A DNA stretch of 64,000 nucleotides from Octopus bimaculoides (lineage: Eukaryota): positions 53,089,547-53,153,546 of the forward strand of contig NC_068993.1 of NCBI RefSeq assembly GCF_001194135.2, given 5' to 3'. The position numbers and the translations under genes were made by a program. The notes beneath the pieces were generated by a model. It was not told the DNA's origin, did not search any database, and saw nothing but the letters and a program-made list of their open reading frames with translations. The first letter of the stretch is position 1. The number at the start of each line of letters is the position of its first letter. Below are positions 12,592 through 27,243 of this stretch, piece after piece.

Positions 12592-15500
12592 ACTTAGTTA
12601 AATTTCACATTATTTGTGTATGAAGTTGTTATGACCACCAGGAAAGTTAGTTTTAGAGATGGTCACTGAATATTTTATGTAACCAATGAACATCTCACAA
12701 AACCAGCTCCACTGGGGCAAAGCTCACATTATCGATCATGGTTGATTGTAGTATTACTACTGCATTAATCAAAGCACTCAATAACAGTCCTGATATTTTT
12801 TCTACTTGGCACTCCATTGTGAAATGCCTGAAAAGTGGGCAAATTTATTCAAATTTGAAAAATGAAAAACAGAAGTTGTAGAGGAAGAACAAAGCTACTA
12901 AAACTCACAAAACACTGCAATAAGAATACTTTTTGTGTTAATTCAAATGGGGAAAAATTGTCAGACAACCCAATAGAAATTAATATATAAATAATTTTAT
13001 ATCAAACAGTAAAATTAAAGAAATGATAATATTTTTGTTAAGAAAATGCTATACACAGAGATCTGTATAATGTAATAAACCTAAACAGAACATTCCATAA
13101 TTATTTCAAGCTTAGGCACAAGGCACCAATTTAGAGGAAGGATGCTCAGTTGGTACAATTAACCCTTGTATTTGACAGGTACTTTATTTTATCAACCCTA
13201 GAGGAATAAAAGGTAAAACTGACTCCAGCAAGATTTGAACTCAGAACATAAAGAACCAGAAAAAATATCACAAAGTATTTTGTCTGATGCTCTAATGGCC
13301 CTGCCAGTTCTTCACCATAAGACATTCCATAATACTTTACAAAATGCATTAGTACAGATTTTTTTTTTTACTTTTAGTTAACTATATTAATTTCAATAAT
13401 TAAATTAAGACAGTTATATCAAAAATAAAAGTTTCAGTTTATGCAAAGATGTCAGCTTCAGTATTTAATTCTCACATTTTTCAAATGTCTCCCTTCTGTT
13501 GCTTTACTTCTATGTCTAATTCTACTATAGTTTCAGGAACTCTGTTGACCAGGTTACAATTGTGCAACAAAAATCTTGACATCTCAAAAATTAAAAATGA
13601 ATTTAAAGTGAATTTTACAGCTTTGTGTGTTATAAATGGCTAGAATGACTTTTTCATGATGTAACTGCTTCAGTTACAGCAGATCAAGTCACTCGCTAGC
13701 CAAGTTCAGTTTTACATTATTTAATAATAATTAATTATTTTGAAATGTATAAATAATCATTAGGGAACAGTTTCATATTGTAGATGTTCATATAGTAATA
13801 ATGTACAACATATACTAAAAAACAGCAGATAGGTTAATCATGTACAACCTATAATTATAAAAGGAGATACTTTTCTCATTCGAATATGAGCTACACTTGA
13901 ATGTCTAGAGACAAATCAGAGAAGGTGAAAAAGAAAATTACCTCATATTAAAGCCAATTAATACATAGTACATGGAATCTTGTATTTAAAATGAAGCATG
14001 CAAAAATATTAGTTTCTTAAAAAAAGAAATTGAATAAATGAAAATCTTTACCCAAAGTGAATTCAACAAATACCTTTTAGTGCAACTAAATAAATAATTC
14101 CATCTGCTTTTAACTGTAATCATCAAAGTTTTGCATTCTCCTTGATGTGGGCTTTAAAAAAAATATGGACTGATTGAGAGGAAAGTTTTTGTTCCCACGT
14201 TTAGATGCAAAAACAAAAAAAAGAAAGAAAGAGGAAAAGGGAAAATATTTGAAATGTGATGACAGATTTTTGACATCGTTTTGCACACATTACTTCCTGT
14301 TACTTATTTTTATTGTTTTATTAACAATCAAGGCAATGCAGATGGTGCATCTGTTGAGAGATGGGGTAGATATTTTGATATGCAAAGTTCAGCCACCTTA
14401 TAGTTCTGTGTTCAAATCATGCCAATAGTAAAATTGCATCTGCCAAACAAATGGACTTTATTGAAATAAGTATCAGTTATATATTGTAATTTGGTAAATC
14501 AATTGGTTATCAAATTGGGTTGTGTCGAAAGAAACCCTCATTTCAGCAGCTGTGGGCTTGCTATCAAATTTCAATGAACAAAGTTCAGTTTCCAATTGGT
14601 TCTATGTCACTTTCGTTGTAACATTATAGAACATAGAAAAAGCATGAACATATTTGTGGGAATTTGGAGATAAGGATTTCTCTTTTTTTTTTTGCCTTGC
14701 AATTTTAAAAACTACAGAAGGAAAACTACTGATATAGTTTATGAATGCAAGACATGGAAAAACTGGAAAAAAAAAAGAAAACCATTTTTGCCTGAGACAT
14801 TACTTATCCCTATTTTTCGGAGTTTTCCTTTGCAACCTCATGGCTTTGAATTTGGTCTCTTGGGCAAGAGCCTTCAACCTTAGTCTTAAGTCAACCAATA
14901 TTTTGTGAATGAAATTTGGTAGGTGAACGCTGTACAAAAGCACATCATATGTGTGAGTGTGCAGGTATAGTTTGTGTGACAATTTGTGAATCTTTTGTTA
15001 TAAATATTCAAGAGCAATGCCAAGTCTTTCAATTGGTAATCATTTTTCAGTTTCTTTAAATGTTTTAGCTACAAGAAATAAACCATTGTTAGGTTTTTTC
15101 CCCAAAAGACAAAGGCCATGTTTATTGTAGTTTAAACTTCTTTCAGTAACTCCTGATCACAAAAGGATTACTGAAATTATTCCTCTAAACTCCATTAGGT
15201 TTTTTTTTTTTTTTTTTTTTTTAAATTCAGACAACAATCCTATCTCTCTCCTTTCATCTGAATCCTCTTATTTCTATGTCAGATACAGTATAAGCTTGAA
15301 AGGATTGCTGTGTATTAATTAGAGCATGATGTTAATTCTGTTATGGATGTTGATTTTTTTGTTGGATTTATCTTATTTGGTGCTTATTTTTCCTTCTAAT
15401 TACAGAGGGCTCATTGAGTGTGATGTGCAATAGCTCTAAAACTAAACAATTTGTCTAATGACCATACGGTCAATAGACAAATTGTTTAAAACCTGATTAA

Positions 15501-15794
15501 AGCACCCAACTCTATTTAATTCAGTTTTCATGACTAACTGTAACTGACCATAATCAGGATCTTCTGTTTCATCACAGTTGAGTAAAGAAAGATATCAAAA
15601 TCTGTCTTCAGCCTAGAAGTGAGAGTTTATCAAGGTTTTCAAGGTGTTTAAGTAGCTGAGAATACAAGACTTCACTTGAATGGAACATCTATTCTCCAAA
15701 GAGATTATCTCCAGCTGTTGCAGGTAATCATTTTCAGCTGCATGGAATAGAGCAATGTGAAATGAAGTGTTTTTCTCATGACACAGTACACCAC

Positions 15795-16922
15795 CTGTAC
15801 CAAGCAAAAGTCTTTGGCTACTTTAAACTATTGTAAATTTTTACTAATTGCCAACTTATAAGTGACTGTTTCACATTGCACTTTTTGCAGATGAAACATT
15901 GGCCCTGTTGGAGCTATTTTCATACCTAATCATTATATTTTGAATGAGAGGGGAAGATGTGAGACAACCGCCAAAAATGGCCATGCAAAAGTTTTCAGCC
16001 ACCTCACATAAACCAATCAAGATACAGTGTTTTAAAACAGAAAAATGTCTATAATGAAAATTTATTACATAATGTTCATCTCAAGAAGTTCTAAGTGAGA
16101 ATTTGTCAGAAGGCCTTCAGGAAAGCAAAACGACCTACATTACATGATGAAAACAGTGAAGTTTGCGGGTAAGAGTTTGATGTTTTGGGAATACATAAAA
16201 AGTGATGGTTCAAGAAAGTTGGTTAAAACTGATGGTAACTTGAAAAGTGCCAAATACATCCAATTGCTGAAGGACAATTTGATACCAGACTTGGATGAAG
16301 GTGAAATTTTTCAGCATGACGGAGCTCCATACCACAGATTGGATGCAACACAACAGAATCCGGCTGATGAAGGTGTTACCATATTGAAAGATTGGCCAGT
16401 TCAGAGCCCTGACTTAAATATCATCAAGCAAATGTGGATTGAACTAAAGAGAAGCATTCATCAGAAGAATCCACACAACCTTGAAGAGTTGTGGGAGCTC
16501 AGCCACAGAGAATGGTATCTCATACCTGTGAAAATGGTGAAGGATTTGTACACATCTCTTCTCAGGTGCATTGAAGCAATTATTCAAGCTAATAAAAGCC
16601 ACACAAAATATTAACAATGTACAGTAACTTCTTGAAATGAACATTATGTAATAAATTTTTTTTATAGACATTTTTCTGTTTTAAGACATTGTATCTTGAC
16701 TGGTATATGTGAAGTGGCTGAAAACTTCTACATGGTCATCTTGCATCATCCCCTTTCATTCAGAACCCCTATTACAAAATATAATGATTAGGTATAGAAA
16801 TGACTCCAACAGGACCAGTGTTTCATCTGTAAAAAATGCAATGTGAAACATCCACTTATAAGTTGGCAATTAGTAGAAATTTACAATACTTTAAAGTGGC
16901 CAAAGACTTTTGCATGGTACTG
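15795..16922 (+). mobile_element. Internally deleted Tc1-family DNA transposon with ~260-bp TIRs
   Basis: TIRs at ~15795-16052 and ~16662-16922 (CAGTACCATGCAAAAGTCTTTGGCCAC..); ORF 16144-16614 has FQHDGAPYH and WPVQSPDLNII; DNA-binding domain and first D are missing. Confidence 0.9.
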
Positions 16923-17338
16923 AAGAAGACACTTCGCTATGATGCCACATAGGGGTGGTGGTGGAATTGAACCCAAACCTGTGATCAAGAAGTAAACTGT
17001 TTAATATAGCTTTATCTACCTATCTACTTATCTATCTATCTGTCTGTCTGACTGTCTTCCTACCTATACGTATACACACTTATATCAATGTAAGCACATG
17101 AAACAGCATTCGATTAAAATAATGATTTATATATCTGTTCAGAATTCTATATTGCATATACAAACATGGAAGAGTGATACACACACACACCCAATCTCAG
17201 ACATACACTCTCTCACACTCAAACACATACATACAAGCATTCTACAGCCACTAAATGTATGTCTGTATACACACATACTTATAAATGTTTATACATACAA
17301 ACATACATGAATACATTTAGTGGCTTTACAATGGTTAT

Positions 17339-17386
<48 letters not shown>

Positions 17387-18484
17387 CCAAGGAAGATGCC
17401 ACTAGAAAATTGACAGGCAAGATCATTTAGTTGACCTTTTCCCCTTGAAGAGTGCTGACAACACACAATATTCAGTAGTTCTTGCCATAGACTTTTATTT
17501 GATGGTGTCATTCTGTGAGATGTTTATCCTATTCACATTCATAAACTGTCATTGTAAATGTTTTACTTGATCACCTTTCCCAGATACTATTTGGTTTTTG
17601 CCTCTTTTCCAAATTCAGTTTTTTAAAGTTTTTTTAACAATTAACAACCATTTTTGATTTTTTTTCATTTTATCCCTTTTTCAGACTCAATATTATGAGA
17701 GATATTCTAAAATGTTACTGTTAAAGAATGACCAACGGAAAGCATAAACATTAGTGTATTAAAAGAAAGATGAGTCTCTGTATGAGGTTTTGAAAGAGGG
17801 ACTGTACATTTGATAGGGATCTTGCCAGTTACATTTTAGAGCAGTTCATCTGTTACTAGCTCCCGCCTGGTACCTAATTCTCATCAATATCTCCACAAAT
17901 TGTCTACGTGCAGTAACCCATCATCTCTGAAACAACACCATTGACAGGCAGTCTAAATCAGATTGGTGGCAGACATCATCATCATCATCATCACCACCAC
18001 AGCCATTGTTGTCATCATCATCATCATAATCAGCAGCTGCATTTTAATATCGTGGCACATAAAATACACCATTTCAAGCGTGGCCGTAGCCAGTACCGCC
18101 TGACTGGCCTTCACGCCAGTGGCACGTAAAAGCACCCACTACACTCTCGGAGTGGTTGGCGTTAGGAAGGGCATCCAGCTGTAGAAACTCTGCCAAATCA
18201 GATTGGAGCCTGGTGTAGCCATCTGGTTCACCAGTCCTCAGTCAAATCGTCCAACCCATGCTAGCATGGAAAGCGGACGTTAAACGACGACGATGATTTT
18301 CTGTCCTTGCATGAGTTGGACAGAGTTTGTTGAGGTGGATTTTCTATAGTAGGATGCTCTTCTTGTCACCAACCTTCACTTGTTTCCAAATAAGGTAATA
18401 TTTCCCTATGACCAGACATGAAAAATTGGAAATGAAGAGCATTGCTTACATGACACTCATTTAGCCATAATAATAACAATAACA

Positions 18485-18598
18485 ACAACAACCACATCGA
18501 AAAATATCTTAGGAATGAGAACCCAGGTTCAAAATTTCCCAAGACACCTAATGAAGGCAGGAGGGTATATCAGCTGAAACGTTGTGCTAACAACAAAC
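18485..18598 (+). mobile_element. Penelope-like terminal-repeat fragment containing a decayed minimal hammerhead ribozyme
   Basis: GACAC-CTAATGA-A-GGCAG..CAGCT-GAAA-CGTT-GTGCT at 18543-18588. Confidence 0.65.
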
Positions 18599-21500
18599 CT
18601 TTACTTGCTACTCTTCTAGGTTTAAAATATTTTCTGCAAATAAATATGGTCAGCTATATTTATATTTGTTCAATGCTCGAACAGTTCCACCATCCACCAA
18701 TCTGAGTTTTTATTTTTCCTTCACACTTTTGGAACCATCCCTTCTTATTTGAATTGGTTGTTATAGATAAACACACTTTTTAACATTAACCACTAAACTT
18801 AAAATTAGGAACATTATTACATGCACCTGAAAGAGTTTTATGTTAAAACACTAGTGCATATAACATTTACAATGGGTATACAAAAGTAGAGCAACAGTGG
18901 CTTTAATATTTTAATTCAGACAATCACCTCAAATAGCCTCATGTGCTAAAAACAAGTGAGAATGCAAAGTACTGTACTTTGGATATTATTCTACTTTGCA
19001 GTCTCATTGTGTTGAGCTATGAAGACAATGGCATTGAACATCTTTGAACTCATAACATTTTTTTTTAATAACAATTCAGTACATTAACCAGTTTTCAGAA
19101 GTAACGGTTATACTTTGTTATGTTTGCAAGCTTGTGAATAAGTTTTTTTCTTATATTTAGTTCTAGTAAAATTAAACCTATATAACTATATCATCATCCT
19201 TTCCACTTCTGCTCTTGCTATAAAAACCTGTCTCCTAGTTTCGCTTATTTGATATGGTTCTTTGCTACCACCATTTTACCTGTTTCCAAATCCATCTCTT
19301 CTCTTTTGTACCTCACTGTTCCACTAACATGTCACCCTTTGTCTGGCAGAAGCTTAATAAATATTAACAACTATAGAATATAAGCAGTTATATAGATATC
19401 AATCTCTTTATTTAATTTACATAAAAAATAATAGTTATTCTGGAAATAAATACCAAGAACATTAATTTTTACAGTTCCTCATTCACAAACACTTAATGAA
19501 AATGAAAAGAAGCATGTTCTATGAATTTCCTCTAGACTATAACGGTTTCCATCTTTAATGAAATGTCTTAGATTATGTCATGCTAACAATTTCTAAAAGG
19601 AATGAAATAGTGCTATACATGATTACCACAAACTAAATATTTTAAGGAACTTCATAAGTAAACAAAAACAAAAAAAAAACATGAATTCTATGCATCTCTT
19701 TCCTTATAATTCCTCAATTTCAATTTTCTAATTCTTCTTTATGTGATGATGAAATTATTGTTTCTCTTGTAAAAGCTGTGATGGCTAGGGGAACATAGTT
19801 TGTTTTGAATAATTCACATGTCATTATTTTAAAAAGAAAACTATTATAACAAAATGAGTTTGCACTAAACTTATACGGATTTCTTTTAACCGAAACCACT
19901 CAACCTACTCCTATATTCTCACACAAAACATTTATGGGTGTATTCCACAATTTGAATAGTTCCATCCACTCTGTGCTGAATAGATTAACTTCCATATTTC
20001 AATAATTCTATGAAAAAAAAAAAAATTAAATGCTCCTGAATGTGATGAGTACTGCATTGTTTTTTGATTTTATAATAATGTTCATGGGTTGTACAGATAT
20101 CTGATTGAAAAAGCTAACTGAAGTTGTTGGAAAGAAGAATTTAAAAAAAAAAACATCAACACAAACTGGAAGTAGTAGACAAAGTTTTAATTCAAGCAAC
20201 TTTATTTTTAATTCAAAACAGATTCGAAATTAATTTTGATAATTAACAACTTTTTTTTTTAACATTCAATACAAAATGATATCATACAACCAACAAAATA
20301 TTAAAAAATAAAGTAGAAATTTTGGCAGTTTAGAACAATGTAACTCCATTGTGTAAACAGGAATTAATTGACAAAGGAAAAATAATACTGATTGTATTCA
20401 GTTATATAATTAATCTCATCAATATTGTAAGCAATTATTGAATAATATGGAACTAAAAGACACAAAAAAAAAATATATGTATGTATATATACATAAACAC
20501 TGTGCTAGCTCTTTTTCATTGGACTGACTAGAATAAAGCATAAACATGTATCGAATAAATATGCATAAAAAGGGAAATTTTAAAATCACAATTTTATTGG
20601 CATATTAAGGTGAAACCATGAGCATAGTAAGCAATCCATTGTGGTTATACATAGACAATACAAAGCTACATACAAGGCACCTATTAATGCTTGAGAATCA
20701 CATTAAATAGGCATATTGACAAACTTAAAAGGCTCAAAGTTTTTTCAGTAAAGCCACTGTATATTTTTCATGCCTTCAAAAGTAAACTTTTGGGCATCAT
20801 TTATTCAAGTAATCAGAGGAAGATTATGTCTGCCACTGGTCATGTAAGTTTTAGAATGTGTTTATATGATAAGAATACAAAAAGTTGAATTTCTTTTTTT
20901 ACTTTTCTTCATCAAAAATAGAATAACATTTGAGTATATAAGTTAGAGAGAATATAAATTTAAATGAAAATTAATTTAGAAAACACAAAATAAACAACAA
21001 CAAAAAGAGATTGGTTTTTGATGGTTTCTTTTTTTTTTTTTTTTTGAAATTATGAATTCTGAAATTAAAAGTAATCTATTTGACTAGCTTTCTCAAGGTG
21101 AAAAAAAAAAAATTAAATAAATAAAACTCAAACGATTTAAAAAAATACAAATAGTAGTATTATAATAATTAAACTACAATTCTACTATTTGAAAAAAATA
21201 TTTTAAGATATATTTGGTAGTTTGAATCACCATGATCATTTTCGATTTGTTTGGGGTTTTTTTTTGTTCTTTTTATTCATATTATGGTTCAGATGATTTC
21301 ACTGAGTCAAGTCCCTGGATATTTCCCCTAAGTCGGTTATAACTTTAGCTATCACTATTGATCATTAACAACATCTATTACAATCATCATTACTATATGA
21401 CTATATATAGTAGTAGAACTTCAGACAGAAATTTGGCAAGGTGGAAGAAAACTGCTTTGGGCCCCAGACAAGGTGAGGAAGAGAGGGGATATTCTCAAAA

Positions 21501-24068
21501 TTCAAGGAAGCTGTGAATTTTTTATTTTGTTTTTTAAGGGAAAGGCTCAGCAGGCCCCTCCTTGGTTCTCCAAGCCCCAAACCAAAGTACAGGCTGAAGC
21601 CCAACCCCTGATAGGACTAGAATAGTATCATAATTTTGTTGTCAGAACCTGACATCCATAATTCTTATCTCATTTACATACAGCTCATTCATTGGATACA
21701 AATTAAGCATGTGACAAATTACAATCATTCTCATTCTTTCCTTTATTGAAGATCAACAATTTTTATAGGATTTTTTTTACTTTGAAATTATGTTTTTAAA
21801 AGTAAAATGATTTTAAAATAAGAAAAAAAAAAAGATACAAATCTATAGCCAACAAATGTAAAAATTTACTCAATCTCATTTAAATTCTTACTGCAGAAAA
21901 AATTTTATATTCATCCACTGGTTATAAATCTACCATCCTTATGTATATCACAAAAATGTTTCAAACAAATTCTTTGGTTTACTTCAGGTCCTCACTAATA
22001 TAACATGCATCCCACACAGTAATGTATCACATCCAGATATCAATATTAAGCATTATTCCAGTAAATAAGATGGTTGGATGTTGCATTTCATCCATATGCA
22101 TTAGATACCATAACTTCTACAATATGTAGGTGAAGTCACCAGTGCATGCCAGAAAGTTAACAGATTAATGTTTATCTCACATGAACTCTTACACCTAATG
22201 ACATTACATGCACTTCCATTTTTTTCTTTTATACATTTCTGAATGTCACTCCATGCTTTAGTGGGTAAAGTGGAGCGTGCTGTCCAAAATATAGCAAATT
22301 ATCAAGTTTTGGCAAGCTGATGGGACAGTGCTGGTCAACTGGAAAGCATCATGGATTCAGTTTTCTACTGTGATCCCATAATTCAAGATTAGTGTAAAAA
22401 TTCCTCATAAACTAAAATATTAAGAAAAAAGTGTCTACATCCCATAACTAAGATTCTTTAAATATAAAGTTACGAGATACCTGATATGATTTACATATCC
22501 ACAGCAAGTTTTTTGTATCCTATGATTCCACTGTCTGCAGAAAAAAAAAATAAAAACCAAAACCAAAAAAATTAATAATAAAAACATTCAACAGTTTCTA
22601 GAGCTTCAGTGGAAACAGTATCCAGAAATATAAACTGAAATTGTTTTTCTGAATATAACAAAAAAACAAAAAAAAAACAAATGATTGAATCATATTTCAT
22701 AGAAAAGACAATTCAATGCAAATTTTTAATTGTGCATAATTTTATTTCACAACTGTTAAACAGCATGCATTTGTTATGTCTACTAATCTTATTTTTGGTT
22801 TGTTAATTCAAATAAAAAGGAATGTACTGAAATTACTATCACAAAAACTTGAAGATTCAAACATTTTCTGCCTATAAATACACATACATACATATGAGAA
22901 TAGCTACACACATGCATGAAAAAGAGCAGATTAATAAGATTCAATCCTTATTGAAAGAAAGCTTGAATTTATTTCTTAGCCTACACAGCAATCATTATCA
23001 TGTTGCATACTATATATACCAGTACACACACACACACACACATATATACCCACAATGTCTAGTTATACACACACTGGTGATTAACTTGAACAGCTGCAGG
23101 AAAAACATTGGCAGGGAGCAATTTCAAATGGGCAATATTCTGACAGGGGAAGGACTAGTTGAATGGGAGAGATTACAACATGGGTAAAAAGGGGGAGGGG
23201 GACCAGGAGTTAAAGGAAGTATGGGACCAGCCAGGTCTGAGGTGGAGAAGCCACTTAATAGCAGTTGCAGAAAGGCAAAGTGAGGAGACAGTATGTCCGT
23301 AGTCCACAGACTGGAGTATGTTGGACTTTTACACACACATACACACAACATTTATTCAAACTTCAGTTATCACATCATTACAAGTTTCTTGTTCATGTTC
23401 CTCAGGCAACTGAGGAATGGAAATGAGAAACTACAAATAGTGACTAACACTTACTCAAATTAACACTGTTCCACTCTACTTAACAGAAATGAATACTACT
23501 TCCACTTCAATACAAGTTACTTCAGAGTGAATCTTTAATCATATATATCATTATGATAATATTCATCATCATCATGTTTATGGCTGCTTTCTTCTTTGCT
23601 TAGAGAAAGACGAGGCTTCTTAAAGCAATATTCTATGGTCAGATGCCTTTCCTGATGCTAACCCTTACTTTTTTTCAAATCAAGTGCTCTGCTGGTCTCC
23701 ACATGTTAAATCACTGAATTGTTAATGATGGACATATACAAATACCACCACTAATCAAACAACATCAATGTAAATACACGGAGAGAAAAGCACACAAACC
23801 TTTACATCCTCATCCTTTAACATCTGTTTTCTATGCTGACACAGGTTGGACAGTTGAACAGAATCCAGCTAGCTGCAGTACTGTACAGTGTTCCAGTGTT
23901 ATTGTCCAAGTTTTACTTACAAAATATTAGTCAAACTAAGCCTATAATAGAAGACACTTGCTAAAGGTACCATGAGCTCAAAACCATATAGGTATGAAGT
24001 GAACTTGCTTACCACACAGCTATGTTTATGTATATTCTTAATGACACAGCCATGTGCATATATATATA

Positions 24069-24100
<32 letters not shown>

Positions 24101-24287
24101 NNNNNNNNNNNNNNNNNNNNNNNNNNNNNNNNNNNNNNNNNNNNNNNNNNNNNNNNNNNNNNNNNNNNNNNNNNNNNNNNNNNNNNNNNNNNNNNNNNNN
24201 NNNNNNNNNNNNNNNNNNNNNNNNNNNNNNNNNNNNNNNNNNNNNNNNNNNNNNNNNNNNNNNNNNNNNNNNNNNNNNNNNNNNNNN

Positions 24288-24326
<39 letters not shown>

Positions 24327-24463
24327 GGAATGTTTTAATCAAGGTTTCTACAAAACATAAGCACATCTGAATCTGATGTAGTAAACTAAAATAGAAAAAC
24401 CAAACCTGTAGAAGTTATAGAAGTCAGGTGGTCAGTGATAAATATGAAAATACAAAATGAATT

Positions 24464-24498
<35 letters not shown>

Positions 24499-25400
24499 GA
24501 AGAATGAAGAATTATGCTTCAGAGCTTGTGGCTGATAGTGTGTACCCATACATATTGAACTTAGTAGATGACCAAATGTTTGGGTAGTAACCTTCAAACA
24601 CTATACAAGACAAATAATAATAATAATCCTTTCTACTATAGGCACAACGCCTGAAATTTTGGGGAGGGAATTGTCGATTACATTGACCCCAGTGTTTCAC
24701 TGGTACTTAATTTATCGACCCCAAAAGGATGAAAGGCAAAGTTAACCTCAGTGGAATTTAAACTCAACATAAAGATAGACAAAATGCTGCTAATATAATA
24801 AATCATGATAATAAACTTCAATCTATGAGCAGGTTAGTAAATACAGGTAAGACATTATTTGAAGTTCAACATGTTAATTTACAAGAATATTGTTGCCTAA
24901 ATACCAAATAGGTTATCTTAAAGAATAGCCTGCTACATTATTGGAGAGGTTCCAAAAATATAAAGAAATAAATACACATATACTCATACAGAACATATAC
25001 ATATAAAAAGTACACATGTACACACACACATCAAAAGATATGTGTGGGCATGGCTGCAGAGACTTGTATGTACTTAAACAAAGAGGCTCAGAGAGAGAGC
25101 AAAACCATAATGAGAGCTCTGTTGGTGCTACTGAAAAATTGAAGTGCATTAAATAAATTTTCTATGAATTGTCTGTTTGATGAAATGAGATTTCAACATT
25201 TGTACATTTAATAATATTCAGCCAAATGCTTTTGAAGATATTTCTTACAACCAACTGTTATATAGCATGAAAGCAGGAAGCAGAGTTTACATTTAAAAAA
25301 GTAGCTATGGTTCTGTGTAATCGATATTAGTATTATTTCAGTTTTGATTAACTTTTAAATGAAAATATTTTACTGATTTGAAACAAAATCTTATGAGTAG

Positions 25401-25445
<45 letters not shown>

Positions 25446-27196
25446 AAAGAGAGAGGTATTTTGCATCAGAATTTCTATACTGGCATAAGTGAGACATTTT
25501 CAGTTGCTGTTGTTGTCCAAGAATATATACTTATATAGCCGGATGCTCTTCCTAATATTAACCAGTGAATCCTGAGGTAGAAACTGTTAATAGCTAGTTG
25601 CTGTAGAAAGATTTGAATGAAAAACCATCTGGTTAATAGTCCAGCAACTTAGCCACAAACATTGTGTGCCATTTTAACCATTTAACATTTTGATTCCAGT
25701 GTATGCTGTTTATAAATTACAAACAGCTTGTTCATCTCTTCCATTGCTAAATGTACAAAAAATTAAAAAAGAGAAAAAGCTGAAAGAAAACATAGTGGAA
25801 TGCATTTATTTTCATTTTGAATATATACTCTTGTTTTATTTTTAATTCTTGCTAATTTACGATTTCATTTTTATATATTTGACTTAAAAAGGAAAAAAGT
25901 AAATCATTTTGAAAAATAAATAAATAAAATTTAAGAATATCTAATAATGGATTTCTAATTTGGTACCAAGCCATAAATTTGTAAATAATTTAATCCTCTC
26001 ATGACTGTATTTCTCATGAAATTCAGTCCGTGTTTCAACTAATTGGAAAAACCATCTAGAATTTAGCAAAAGGAATTTTATCACGTTTCCAATATTAAGA
26101 TAATTTTTGGAACATAGCATAAAAAATGTTTCATAAAATTATGATGAAAGGATCTTTTTTATATAATTAATTCAAATATGAATATTTTGGAATTAGATAA
26201 TTTGAATCATAAAATCAGAGGCAATTCCAGGCCAGTTAGTATGAAAAGGGATTAATTCTCTGAACAAAACATTACTGGTACTTGGCTTATTAATTCCCAG
26301 AGGTATGAAAGGCAAAGTCAATCCCAGAATATAAAGGGATGTAACTAAATACAAGGTATTTAGTTGAGTCATGGAATTTTTTTAAATAGAACAGGTGAAA
26401 TGTGATCTTTCAGACAGAGCCAGTCTTTGAATTTTATTAAGGGTTTTTTTTTCTCCCCCTAATGCAGACCATCACTACTTTCCTCAAACTTTATATTTTT
26501 GTCTTATTATTATTTCAGCACTTTACTATTTCTGCCACTCTATGGCCTTTAAGACTTCTGAATTATTAACAGAAAATAATAAAATAAAATAAAACAACTT
26601 ATTTTAAAGACTCATTATAAATTTAGAGTAAATTACAAAATTTTTTTTGCTAACAAATTTTTCATCTGATGCCTATTTTTCCATTATGACAAAGTAGTAA
26701 GGTCTACAAATCCAACTGTTTATGTGCATGATTACTTTAGAAAACTTTTTTATTTGTATGTGTGGTTGCTCTCCTTAATATCTAGCTATTGTGTCATATA
26801 ATGAGAGCAATACACACTTTCATGCTAGCTAGTCATATGCATTTCCAAGTTTACAACACAAATATTTGAACTCACGACCAATAGTTCAGTAACCACTTAC
26901 CACAATCCGTCTGTCGGTATTTCACACTGTCAAAATATAACAATCTATATTAATGATAGAAATTTTTCATGAGTTATACAAGAATTTTTAAATGAAGCAA
27001 CATCATTTAGTTTTTACCAACTATTTCTAAATTGTTATACATGCCAGCTTCCTATTGTTAGGTGTAGATATTCAAAAGAATTATATAAATAAGATTTAGT
27101 AGTAGGAGATACAAAATAACTTAGTACCTTTAGATACTATACTGAAAATAGCACTAATGTGGTATGAGCATATATGCGTGTATGTATGTATGTATG

Positions 27197-27243
<47 letters not shown>

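Noticed and set aside
17941-18135. Poly-His / poly-Met ORFs
   Set aside because: Translation of a (CAT)n microsatellite running into a SINE
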